From Limisphaerales bacterium (lineage in GTDB: Bacteria; Verrucomicrobiota; Verrucomicrobiia; Limisphaerales; JAYPXF01), in contig JBMYQZ010000001.1 of assembly GCA_049601855.1 (NCBI GenBank), positions 1 to 30,418 of the forward strand: a DNA stretch of 30,418 bases. Direction: 5' to 3'. This document shows, piece by piece, positions 1 to 8,506 of the stretch. Below the pieces are notes generated by a model. It saw only the letters and a list, made by a program, of their open reading frames with translations, was not told the origin of the DNA and did not search any database. Each line of letters starts with the position of its first letter. Within the stretch, counting starts at the first letter, position 1. A program made the position numbers and the translations under genes.

Positions 1-270
1 TACACCCACCGCATCGGACGGACGGGGCGCGCGGGAAAGACCGGCGTCGCGATCAGTTTCGTCACCGCCGAAGCCCACGCCCACTTCTGTCTCATTGAGA
101 AACGACAGCAACTGAATATCGCCCGCGAAGAGATACCAGGCTTTGAACCCAAGGATCCAATCGTGCGACCCGCCAACAACACCGGCGGAATCAAGGGTCG
201 CCGCAAGAGCAAGAAGGACAAACTCCGCGAAGCTGCCGCCCGCAAAGAGCGTGAATCCAATGACTCGTAG
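1..270 (+). CDS. DEAD-box RNA helicase, C-terminal part (5'-truncated by window edge)
   Basis: Manual translation of frame 1, not in the ORF track: YTHRIGRTGRAGKTGVAISFV...GGIKGRRKSKKDKLREAAA...S*. HRIGRTGRAG is helicase motif VI and the basic tail is typical. TAG stop at 268-270. Confidence 0.9.
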   Translation, partial: YTHRIGRTGRAGKTGVAISFVTAEAHAHFCLIEKRQQLNIAREEIPGFEPKDPIVRPANNTGGIKGRRKSKKDKLREAAARKERESNDS

Positions 271-323
271 CCGTCGACGTAAGCAGGCTCATTATTCAGA
301 GCTTCCTCAAGTCAACTGCGACG
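266..323. repeat. Inverted pair of degenerate GTAG-type REP-like repeats
   Basis: CGTAGCCGTCGACGTAAGCAGGCTC (266-290) matches the reverse complement of 299-323 (CGTCGCAGTTGACTTGAGGAAGCTC) at 18/25 positions. It lies between convergent genes, and its GTAG supplies the helicase TAG stop. Confidence 0.5.
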
Positions 324-344
324 AGTATTCGATCGGCAAGCCGG

Positions 345-1040
345 CTATTGAACCAGCTTGTAGCGAAGCTTCACGCTCCGTGGTTTCTGGGTGAATCCGG
401 TAATCTCAAGCACACCCTGATCACCAGCCCCGGTCTCAAATGCAAACAGCAGCGGTGGTTTCGAATCTTTGTTGAGCAGGTAGTACCGATAGACTCCGCG
501 TTCCATGACTTCCAACTCGGAGCTGTCTTCTTTCAACCGGTTCTTGATATCCGCAGGCTTCAGTTCATCCCATCGTCGGTCCGGCATTTCTCGCAGCACG
601 AGTTTCTTCGTCATCAAAGCCCAGCGGTTCCTCGCGTAATCCGCGCTCAGGTCAATCTGGTTGTCCCGAAACCAGGCCGCCATTGCTCTGTTGTCCGCGT
701 AGATCTTGGGGGGAATGGTAGCCAACCCGCCGGTGCATAGTTCCAGCCCTTCATTTCCCACGCGGTCGTCCAGGTCGTTTACCACGCGCTCCATCGTCGA
801 ACCAAAGCGGTCTTCCGTTGGTTCGTCAGCCGGTCGGTAGAACGCTCCGAGGTAGAGAACGCCATCCTTCTCAACGACCGGGAAATACTTTTGCAGTTTG
901 ACCGTATACGCTCTGCCTCCCTCGGTTGTCCCAGCTGCTGGTAGGAACTGCGCATGCAGGATGCGCCGAGGCTTGATGTCGTCCGGCAGATGATCAAAAG
1001 AACCTCTTTTCGAAGGAACCAGCAAGGCATCGAACTCCAT
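345..1040 (-). CDS. Hypothetical protein, probably the frameshift-separated extracytoplasmic C-terminal domain of the upstream kinase
   Basis: 231-aa ORF with protein-like composition. Its frame stays open upstream of ATG 1040, and it overlaps the kinase ORF by 262 nt. Confidence 0.55.
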   Translation of the reverse strand: MEFDALLVPSKRGSFDHLPDDIKPRRILHAQFLPAAGTTEGGRAYTVKLQKYFPVVEKDGVLYLGAFYRPADEPTEDRFGSTMERVVNDLDDRVGNEGLELCTGGLATIPPKIYADNRAMAAWFRDNQIDLSADYARNRWALMTKKLVLREMPDRRWDELKPADIKNRLKEDSSELEVMERGVYRYYLLNKDSKPPLLFAFETGAGDQGVLEITGFTQKPRSVKLRYKLVQ

Positions 1041-2386
1041 CGAAACGGACGCCAGTGATGGGGCACAATCAGGGCCATGGCGGCTGGGCGGTTTTGCGGA
1101 TTCAACGCGTCCTTGAGAATCATGGATTTGACGAACTCAGTCTTTCCGTCCCGATAGGCCGCGACAAACATGGCGGAGAAACGGCTGGCGTCACCGGTGC
1201 CCTGGTAGAGCTGATCATTCGCCGTGGTCGTGACCGATTTGAAAGGCTCAGACACGGTTTTGACCACTTCTTTCGGGATGGCTGATGCCGGTTTCGATTC
1301 TATGTCTTCAGCGGCGCGCTCGGCCTTCAACATCTGGTTGATCTCGACCATGTGTCGGTTTCGTAGATTCTCGTTTCGAACCCAGATGGCGCCCAGGATG
1401 CGCACAATCACAAGCGCGGCGACCACCCATACTTTGCGCTGTGAACGGGGTGCTGAAGGTCGCTCCTCGGCCTTGGTTCCGGCGATGGTCTCCACCAGCG
1501 TTTTCACTTCGCTCACCTGTTGGAAGCGAAGTTCAGGTTTGTTCTCCAAGGTGCGCAGGACTACCTGATCAAGCCGCACATCCACTTCCACCTTTTTCGA
1601 CGGGGCAATCGCTTCCTTCGCCGGGCGCTCGCCGGTGGGCATCTCGTACAGCACGACGCCGAGCGCGTAGATGTCCGTCCGATGATCGGTGCCGCCGTCG
1701 GCTTCGTTTTGTTCCGGAGCCATGTAGGGAGGCGTGCCGGCGACATCGCTGTCCACGCCCAACAGCGCGGCGATTCCGAAGTCGGCGATCTTGATGCGAC
1801 CATCGCGATCCAGGAGCAGGTTTTCCGGCTTGATGTCGCGGTGAACGATTCCCTTGTCGTGTGCGCATTGCAGCGCGTCGCAGATGGGCGGCACGATCGC
1901 GAGTGCCTGCTTCGGTTCGAGTTTTCCGTCCCGCAACAGATCGCGCAGGTTCACCCCATCGACAAACTCCATCACGAGATAAAACAGTCCGCCCGTCTCG
2001 CCGAAGTCATGAATCGTGACGATGTGAGGGTGATTGAGCTGAGCGAGTATTTTTGCCTCCCGGGCAAAGCGTTCGGCAAAGCGCGTCTCACCGGCCCGCT
2101 CCGGCGCCAGGATCTTGATGGCGACCGGACGGTTCAGCGACTTCTGCCGAGCCCGATAGACGACCCCCATGCCCCCACGGCCAAGACATTCGAGGATTTC
2201 AAACTGCGGAAAGCGGTCGGCGATTTCCTCCGGCGTCGGCGGCGGAACACTGCTGGGCTTTCCGCCTTCCGTTTGAATGGTGTGGGAGGCAAGCGCCTGG
2301 CGCATCAGACAGGCCGGGCAAAGCGACTGGGGAGAATCCGCCGGCACGGGTTCACCGCAATCAGGACAGGAAAGAGGATCGTTCAT
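779..2386 (-). CDS. Membrane-anchored Hanks-type Ser/Thr protein kinase (probably frameshifted near 1060-1063; true gene about 345-2386)
   Basis: LGRGGMGVVY (Gly loop), VAIK, HRDIKPEN, DFG, GTPPYMAPE, DIYALG, N-terminal CPDCG...CPAC Cys motif, and hydrophobic VWVVAALVIVRILGAIWV. The tail after MALIVP looks off-frame. Confidence 0.9.
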   Translation of the reverse strand: MNDPLSCPDCGEPVPADSPQSLCPACLMRQALASHTIQTEGGKPSSVPPPTPEEIADRFPQFEILECLGRGGMGVVYRARQKSLNRPVAIKILAPERAGETRFAERFAREAKILAQLNHPHIVTIHDFGETGGLFYLVMEFVDGVNLRDLLRDGKLEPKQALAIVPPICDALQCAHDKGIVHRDIKPENLLLDRDGRIKIADFGIAALLGVDSDVAGTPPYMAPEQNEADGGTDHRTDIYALGVVLYEMPTGERPAKEAIAPSKKVEVDVRLDQVVLRTLENKPELRFQQVSEVKTLVETIAGTKAEERPSAPRSQRKVWVVAALVIVRILGAIWVRNENLRNRHMVEINQMLKAERAAEDIESKPASAIPKEVVKTVSEPFKSVTTTANDQLYQGTGDASRFSAMFVAAYRDGKTEFVKSMILKDALNPQNRPAAMALIVPHHWRPFRWSSMPCWFLRKEVLLIICRTTSSLGASCMRSSYQQLGQPREAERIRSNCKSISRSLRRMAFSTSERSTDRLTNQRKTALVRRWSAW

Positions 2387-2436
2387 AATGTTCTACTTTC
2401 CTCTAAAACGATTCGTTCCATTCGTTACCAGGTTTT

Positions 2437-3168
2437 TTATCCTGCGAGAGCGGCGAAGAGCGACTGCATCTCCTCGGCGATGTTTTCAGGTGAGGAAAGC
2501 GTGCGTTCGATTTCTTCCGTCAGCAAGTGCCGGTAGCGCTTCCGCAGCCGATGAACGGCCACCCGCGCGGCGCCTTCGGTCATCCCGAGTTGGGTGGCGA
2601 TCTTCGCATAAGGGATGCGACTGGAATCCGACGTGAGGCAGGGCTTGAGCGTCGCGAACTGCGCGGCGTTTCCCTCCTCCCGACTGAGTTTCCCAAGTTT
2701 GTCGAGCACCTGTCCCAATAACGTGAGCGCCCACTCGCGATCAAAGAGCTTGTCCGGGTTGCCCGCTTCCGGCGCATCGATCTCCAGGCCATTCTCCGCG
2801 CTTTCCCAATCAAACGAGAGCAGCGGCGTTCCCCCACCGCGTTTCTGACGCGTGCTGCGTTTCCAATCGTTGATCATCCAATGATTAAGACCGGTCAGCA
2901 GGAAGGCCCGGAATTTCCCTTTGTTTTGGTCCACGTCTTTCAGGGCATCGGCGGTCATCAATTGCGCAAAGTAACCCTGCACCAAATCCTCCGCATCCTC
3001 CTTCGATCTGCCCTTCCGTCGGGCGTACCGGTAAAGCGGTTGCCAATAATTGCCGAATAGCGTGCCCAGCGCCTCAATCGCCTCCGAGTCTCCGCCACCG
3101 GCAGCCTCACGGATCAACGTCCATCGAGTGGTGACGAAAAGGGTGTGCCTGGGTTCAATAGAGCTCAT
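2437..3168 (-). CDS. ECF (sigma-70 family) RNA polymerase sigma factor, kinase-associated type
   Basis: FVTTRWTLI N-terminal motif, YWQPLYRYARR, DAEDLVQGYF (region 2), and YAKIATQLGMTEGAARVAVHRLRKRY (region 4 HTH). It lies directly upstream of the kinase. Start taken as ATG 3168; the ORF track gives GTG/ATG 3189. Confidence 0.9.
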   Translation of the reverse strand: MSSIEPRHTLFVTTRWTLIREAAGGGDSEAIEALGTLFGNYWQPLYRYARRKGRSKEDAEDLVQGYFAQLMTADALKDVDQNKGKFRAFLLTGLNHWMINDWKRSTRQKRGGGTPLLSFDWESAENGLEIDAPEAGNPDKLFDREWALTLLGQVLDKLGKLSREEGNAAQFATLKPCLTSDSSRIPYAKIATQLGMTEGAARVAVHRLRKRYRHLLTEEIERTLSSPENIAEEMQSLFAALAG

Positions 3169-3283
3169 GCGCTTGCCTGTACCTACCACATCGGCAAAAG
3201 GCTGTTACACGGAAAGTTCCCTGCGCCGTAGCCCGACTGCCCATCCCCAGAATCGACCAGCATCCCGTCAACCTCCGCCGCCC

Positions 3284-3349
3284 GTAGCGGAACTTGCAAA
3301 AAGTTCCCACCCCATCGCCATCATCGGAAGATTTCGCATCTTCCGCTAC
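3284..3349. repeat. REPIN-like doublet: two inverted GTAGC-headed hairpin REPs
   Basis: Plus strand 3284-3307: GTAGC GGAACTT gcaaa AAGTTCC. Minus strand 3349-3326: GTAGC GGAAGAT gcgaa ATCTTCC. Both have 7-bp perfect stems and 5-nt loops, with an 18-nt spacer between them. Confidence 0.8.
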
Positions 3350-3374
3350 ATATCAAAGCAGACCTAAGCACGAC

Positions 3375-4214
3375 TCAATCCTGAGCTTGATACCGCTTCC
3401 GATACTTCAACGGGGTCATGCCCATCTCCCGGCGAAACAACAGCGTGAAGGAGCTCTGGTCGGAGAAGCCAAGTTGCAGGGCCAGTTCGCCGACGCTGAC
3501 GGTGGATTGGCGCAACGACTCACAGGCCGTTTGGATGCGGGTTTTGATCTGAAAACTTTTGGGGCTGACGCTGAGGGCCTGTTTGAATTTTCGATCGAAG
3601 TGACGGACGGACAGGCCGACGTTGCGAGCGAGGTCGGCCATGTTGATGGACTCACTGAAATGATCACGGATATAGGCGACGGCCTTTTCGATTTCAGGAT
3701 AGGGATAGGACAGGCGGCGTTGCAGTTCGTAGTTCTGCACTGTGCCCATCACGCCGATCGCCGTCCCTTGCCGATCGAAGATGGGGAGTTTGTTGGTGAC
3801 GAACCAATCCACCATTCCCTGTTGGTTCAGAAACAGTTCGACGAGATCGAGCTTCGCTCTGCCGCTGCGCATCACCTCCAGATCGTCGCGTCGAAAGTTG
3901 TCGGCGAGACCTTCCGGGAAGAGTTCGAAATCGGTGCGACCGACGATGTCTTCCTCGCGCCGGATATCGAGCCGCTCATGAAAGGTCCGATTGGCCCGCA
4001 TAATCCGACCCTCGGCGTCCTTGGCGAAGAATGAGATGCCCGGCAGGTGTTCGAACAGCGCATGGAAATGGCTGTCATCCGCAATGGCCCGCAGGAACTT
4101 GCGCTGCAACGTCTTTTTCTGGTCGGGCGTCACGGTGAACTGCCGAGGATTTCTTGGTGCTTGAACTGTCAGGAGTTCCTTGACAGTTGCAATGGTCGGC
4201 GGCGTGAAATGCAC
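3375..4214 (-). CDS. AraC-family transcriptional regulator with N-terminal PAS domain
   Basis: PAS-like FFAKDAEGRIMRAN...IVGRTDFELFP...WFVTNKLPIFD...AIGVMG. C-terminal double HTH: LARNVGLSVRHFDRKFK...LALQLGFSDQSSFTLLFRREMGMTPLKYR. Confidence 0.92.
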   Translation of the reverse strand: MHFTPPTIATVKELLTVQAPRNPRQFTVTPDQKKTLQRKFLRAIADDSHFHALFEHLPGISFFAKDAEGRIMRANRTFHERLDIRREEDIVGRTDFELFPEGLADNFRRDDLEVMRSGRAKLDLVELFLNQQGMVDWFVTNKLPIFDRQGTAIGVMGTVQNYELQRRLSYPYPEIEKAVAYIRDHFSESINMADLARNVGLSVRHFDRKFKQALSVSPKSFQIKTRIQTACESLRQSTVSVGELALQLGFSDQSSFTLLFRREMGMTPLKYRKRYQAQD

Positions 4215-4384
4215 AGACAGCGTCCGCGCATTCCGTCTCTTCCACCAGCAGATTCAGAGACACCAACAGATGATTTGGTGAAAGGAAATCAGCTGACCTT
4301 CTTGAATCTGTGGGAGCATGAGTTCTTCTTTTATCGGACCGACCCAGCGTGGTCGTAAACTGAAGCAAATCGCGGCGGGTGTAT

Positions 4385-5659
4385 TTACGATCCGGGGACG
4401 ACGGTCTGCTTGAAGTGTTCGATGGCTTGCCGCATGGATGCAGTGATCTGTGGGTTTTCGGTGGCGATGTTGGTGGTTTCCTTGAGGTCCTTCGCGAGAT
4501 CGAAGAGCTGAAGATCGTCGCCCTTGATGATCATCTTCCAGTTCTCCCGGCGCATAGCGGTTCCGAGTTTGGGCTCGTAGCCGAAGAAGATGTCGCGGTC
4601 GGGGAAGGATTCCTGACTCAGGAAGTGCTCCTTGGCGCTGGCACCATCGAGATTGTCCGGATTGCCGTCCGAGATGCCGGCGAGGTCGGTGAACGTTGGG
4701 AATAGATCGAAGCCGACGAGAAGCGCATCCGACTGCGTGCCGGCCTTGATTTTACCCGGCCACCACGCCACGGCCGGGACCCGGTGCCCGCCCTCATACT
4801 GGCTGAACTTGCGGCCCCGTAGTCGCCCCGCTACCGGGCTCATGGTCACGTCGCCGTTGTCCGACCAGAAGAAGACGAGGGTGTTGTCCGCCAGGCCCGA
4901 TTCGCGGACCGTATCGATGATCGTGCCAATGCTGGCGTCCAGATCCTTCACCATCTCCAGGTAACGGGGGCGGTTTTCGTCGTTGATGCGGTTTTGTTTC
5001 CAACCCTTCTTGCGGTTCTCCGGCGTGTCGGTGCGGGTTTGGTAGGGGTTGTGCGGAGTCTGGTGGGCCACGTAGAGGAAGAATGGCTGATCCTTGTGGC
5101 GCTTGATGAAGTCGACGCTTTTCCCGGTGATGACGTCCGTCGAGTAGCCCTTCACGTCCTGTCGTTTGAGACCATTGCGCCAGCTCCCGTGCCGGTGGTA
5201 ATCCCCCGCCCCGTTGAGGAGGCCGACAAACTCATTGAAGCCTTGGTGGATGGGATTGAATTTGTCTTGGTAACCGCAGTGCCACTTGCCGAAGAGGGCG
5301 GTCGCATAGCCGCCCTTCTTGAAGACCTGACCAAGGGTGGGCGTGGATGCGGGGATCCCCTGGTTCGGCTCCCGGTCGCCGACGATGACGTCGACAATGC
5401 CGGCGCGTTGCTGGTAGCGACCGGTGAGAAAAGCGGTGCGGGTCGGGCTACACACCGAGGAGTTGGCATGGAAGTCGGTAAAGGTCATTCCTTCCTTGGC
5501 CATTCGCTCGATTCGCGGCGTCCCGATCCAGCCGTCGTAGAGCTTCAGGTCGCGGCAACCGAGGTCGTCCGCCAGGATCACGATGATGTTTGGCGGCTGG
5601 GCGGCAGAGCCGAGGACGGATACGAACAAGGCAAGGAATACAAGGCGAAGGGTCTTCAT
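4385..5659 (-). CDS. Secreted formylglycine-dependent (S1) sulfatase
   Basis: Signal peptide, PNIIVILADDLG, CSPTR (CxPxR), FGKWH, SDNG, and YEGGHRVP. Confidence 0.95.
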   Translation of the reverse strand: MKTLRLVFLALFVSVLGSAAQPPNIIVILADDLGCRDLKLYDGWIGTPRIERMAKEGMTFTDFHANSSVCSPTRTAFLTGRYQQRAGIVDVIVGDREPNQGIPASTPTLGQVFKKGGYATALFGKWHCGYQDKFNPIHQGFNEFVGLLNGAGDYHRHGSWRNGLKRQDVKGYSTDVITGKSVDFIKRHKDQPFFLYVAHQTPHNPYQTRTDTPENRKKGWKQNRINDENRPRYLEMVKDLDASIGTIIDTVRESGLADNTLVFFWSDNGDVTMSPVAGRLRGRKFSQYEGGHRVPAVAWWPGKIKAGTQSDALLVGFDLFPTFTDLAGISDGNPDNLDGASAKEHFLSQESFPDRDIFFGYEPKLGTAMRRENWKMIIKGDDLQLFDLAKDLKETTNIATENPQITASMRQAIEHFKQTVVPGS

Positions 5660-5828
5660 GGGAAAAGGGTTGGCCCGATAAATGAAGAATTCAATACTCG
5701 GTCACGCAGCGCGCAGGGATTTGCGCTGTAAACCACGTTTGCGGGCTGAAATCATGATGGCTAAAATCCCATAAAATCTGGCCAATGACCACAAGACAGT
5801 TCTGCGGCCGGAGTGCATGGTCTCGACC

Positions 5829-6962
5829 ATGAGCAAGTCATCCACTGTGAACGTCGCCATTGTCGGACTCGGTTTCGGCGCGGAATTTATTCCGATTTAC
5901 CAGCGGCATCCGCAGGCCGACATGGCGGCGATCTGTCAACGGACGGAGGCGACGCTGAAGGAGGTGGGAGACCGGCATAGCGTGGAGAAGCGATTCGCGG
6001 ATTACGATGAATTGTTGAAGGATGACTCGATCGATGCGGTGCACATCAACACGCCGATTCCGAATCATGCGGAACAGACGATCAAGGCATTGAAGGCTGG
6101 CAAGCACGTGGCCTGCACGGTGCCGATGGCGACGACGGTTGAGGACTGCAAAGCGATCGTGGAGCTGACCCAAGCAACCGGATTGAAGTATATGATGATG
6201 GAAACCGTGGTTTATGCGCGGGAGTTCCTGTTCATGAAGCAGCTCTACGACGAGGGGAAACTCGGCAAGCTGCAGTTCATCAAGGCGAGTCATCAGCAGG
6301 ACATGGACGGCTGACCGAACTACTGGCCGGGACTGCCGCCCATGCATTACGCGACGCATTGTGTGGGGCCGGCTTTGGGATTGGCCCGCAACGAAGCGGA
6401 GTTCGTGAGTTGTTTTCCGAGCGGGACGATTCGCGAGGAATTGCACGGGCACTACAATTCGCCTTTCGCGGTCGAGAGCACGCATGTGCGTTTTCGCAAC
6501 AGCGACCTGAGCGCTCACATCTACCGCTCACTCTTCGATGTGGCCCGGCAGTATCGCGAGAGCATGGAGGTCTATGGTTCGAAGCAGGCGGTGGAATGGC
6601 CGCTGATCGAGGGGAAGCCCCTGGTATTGCACACGGCCAAAAAGCCGGAACCGGAGATTCCCGAAGAGGTGGAGTGCCCGGACTTCGGTTATCTGCTTCC
6701 GGACGAGATCGCGCCCTTCACGCAAGGTGGTGTCTATGGCGGTGAAGATGGCGACGATCACCTGAGCTTTACGCAGGGCGCTGGCCATGGCGGTTCGCAT
6801 CCACACCTCGTTCATCAGTTCGTCCAATTGTTGCGGGGTGAAGGCGAGGGCTATCCGAACGCCGTGCAATCAGCCAACATCACTTTGACCGGCATTCTGG
6901 CGCATGAGTCCGCCTTGAAAAATGGCGAGCTTGTCCGCTTGCCCGAATGGAGCTTTTCGTAA
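5829..6962 (+). pseudogene. Gfo/Idh/MocA-family oxidoreductase interrupted by in-frame TGA at 6312-6314
   Basis: VAIVGLGFG Rossmann motif, DAVHINTPIPNH, and GKHVAC. ORFs 5817-6314 and 6342-6962 are in the same frame and read QDMDG*PNYWPGLPPMHYATH. Confidence 0.85.
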
Positions 6963-6973
6963 TTCTCCCCCGA
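6937..6973 (+). repeat. 37-bp imperfect direct repeat, copy 1 (copy 2 at 10224-10260)
   Basis: GCTTGCCCGAATGGAGCTTTTCGTAATTCTCCCCCGA versus GCTTGCCCGAATGAAACTTTTCGCAATTATCCCCCGA: 33/37 identical. Confidence 0.85.
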
Positions 6974-6978
6974 TCGGC

Positions 6979-7028
6979 ATGAATAGATTCCTGCTTTGTG
7001 TCCTTTGTGCCTTCGTGGTTCACACCTC
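6979..7028 (+). repeat. 50-nt signal-peptide module shared with 8507-8556, containing a nonamer-periodic repeat arm
   Basis: 45/50 identical to 8507-8556, counted from each ATG; the last 35 nt match 34/35. The reverse complement contains AACCACGAAGGCACAAAGGACACAAAG. Confidence 0.9.
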
Positions 7029-8379
7029 TGAAGGGGCGGACAATATTAACGTCTTGTTCATTGCGGTGGATGATCTGCGTGATTGGGTTGGGCATTTGCG
7101 GGGGCATCCGAACGCAAAGACACCGAATATCGATCGTCTGGCCAAACGTGGAGTTTCCTTCACCCGCGCGCACTGCTCGGCTCCGCTCTGCAACCCGTCA
7201 CGAATCAGTCTGCTGACGGGGATTGCCCCGTACCGCTCCGGCGTTTATGGCAACGGCGAACGATTGCGCGACAAACTCCCGGATGCGCACACCTTGATGC
7301 AGCGCTTTCGGGCCGCCGGTTACACTGTGCGTGGCAGTGGGAAGATCTTTCACGGAACGGGGGCCTACGACACGGCTTCCTGGGACGACTATTTCGTACC
7401 CGGCCGCAGCAAAAAACGACCGGCAAAACCTCGCGACCAGAGTTTGTCCAAATCGGCGTGGACACCCTGGGGGCCGCTCGCTTCCACAGATGAGAAAATG
7501 TTCGACGGCAAGGTGGCTTCCTGGGTCGTTGCGCAGTTGAAGAAATCCCACGGCCAACCGTTCTTTCTCGCCTGTGGGCTCACCAAACCGCATCTGCCCT
7601 GGCAGGTTCCCCAGACGTATTTTGATCTGCACCCATTGGATGAAATTCAGCTCCCTGCCACCCGGAAGGGCGATCTGGAGGACGTTCCCGCCTATGGCAA
7701 GAAGTTGGCGCGGGAGGTTTACGATCCTTCCGGTGAGAGGAACTTTGCGGTGAAGCCGAATGGTGATCACGCTAACGTGCTGGCGAACAAGCAATGGCGC
7801 AAAGCGGTTCAGGCCTATCTCGCGACCATCAGCTTCGCCGACGCTCAAATCGGTCGGATTCTTCGCGCACTGGAACAAAGTGAACACGCCGACAACACCC
7901 TTGTCGTGTTGTGGGGCGATCACGGCTGGCATCTCGGCGAAAAGGATCACTGGCGCAAACATGCGCTCTGGGATGTATCCACCCGCCCGCCGCTGATCTT
8001 TGCTGCTCCGAATGGAATTACGAAAGGCCGACTCTGCCGCCGTCCGGTGAGCCTGATCGATATCTATCCCACGCTCCTCGAGCTGTGCGGACTTCCGAAG
8101 CAGACACGCTTGGACGGACAGAGCCTCAAACCCCTCCTGAAGGATCCCGATCGGAAATGGAATCACCCGGTCGTCGTGACCTACGGCCCCAATAACCACG
8201 CCGTGCAAACGGAACGTTGGCGCTACATCCAATACCACGACGGAGGAAAGGAACTCTACGATCAAGACCGCGATCCCCATGAGTGGATCAACCTGGCGGG
8301 GATTCCCGAGCATCAGGAGATTGTCCGCGAACTGCAGGGGGCGCTGCCAAGATCGATCGCAACCAAGCCCAGAAAATGA
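6979..8379 (+). CDS. Secreted S1 sulfatase (choline-sulfatase/iduronate-2-sulfatase-like)
   Basis: Start ATG 6979 (MNRFLLCVLCAFVV signal), NVLFIAVDDL, CNPSR, GKIFH, KPHLPW, and WGDHGWHLGEK. Confidence 0.93.
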   Translation: MNRFLLCVLCAFVVHTSEGADNINVLFIAVDDLRDWVGHLRGHPNAKTPNIDRLAKRGVSFTRAHCSAPLCNPSRISLLTGIAPYRSGVYGNGERLRDKLPDAHTLMQRFRAAGYTVRGSGKIFHGTGAYDTASWDDYFVPGRSKKRPAKPRDQSLSKSAWTPWGPLASTDEKMFDGKVASWVVAQLKKSHGQPFFLACGLTKPHLPWQVPQTYFDLHPLDEIQLPATRKGDLEDVPAYGKKLAREVYDPSGERNFAVKPNGDHANVLANKQWRKAVQAYLATISFADAQIGRILRALEQSEHADNTLVVLWGDHGWHLGEKDHWRKHALWDVSTRPPLIFAAPNGITKGRLCRRPVSLIDIYPTLLELCGLPKQTRLDGQSLKPLLKDPDRKWNHPVVVTYGPNNHAVQTERWRYIQYHDGGKELYDQDRDPHEWINLAGIPEHQEIVRELQGALPRSIATKPRK

Positions 8380-8460
8380 ACTACGGAATACTCAGAACAC
8401 ACGGAAGGCTGACGCTGGTTGGAGTTCGCGCTTTAGCGTGTTTCGGGCAATCTCAAGTTC
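8378..8460. repeat. Degenerate 83-bp inverted-repeat element, same family as 12405-12486
   Basis: 8379-8408 matches the left arm of the 12405 element at 26/30. The right arm 8431-8460 pairs with the left arm at 19/30, with a 23-nt spacer. Confidence 0.65.
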
Positions 8461-8506
8461 GCAGGTGAATCTCCTCCGTCCGAGTAAAACGAAACACCCA
8501 AACATC

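Noticed and set aside
3228-3256. Additional GTAG-headed REP (GTAGCCCGACTG...)
   Set aside because: There is no convincing stem after the GTAG.
4245-4313. Possible decayed inverted-repeat element (CAGATTCA/TGAATCTG)
   Set aside because: Only 8 bp pair across 46 nt, which is too weak to distinguish from chance.
6312-6314. TGA recoding (genetic code 4/25 or selenocysteine)
   Set aside because: TGG is used for Trp throughout, TGA is a genuine stop in coupled overlaps (19617-19620, 20795-20798), the context is not a Cys/Sec motif, and I see no SECIS-like hairpin after it.
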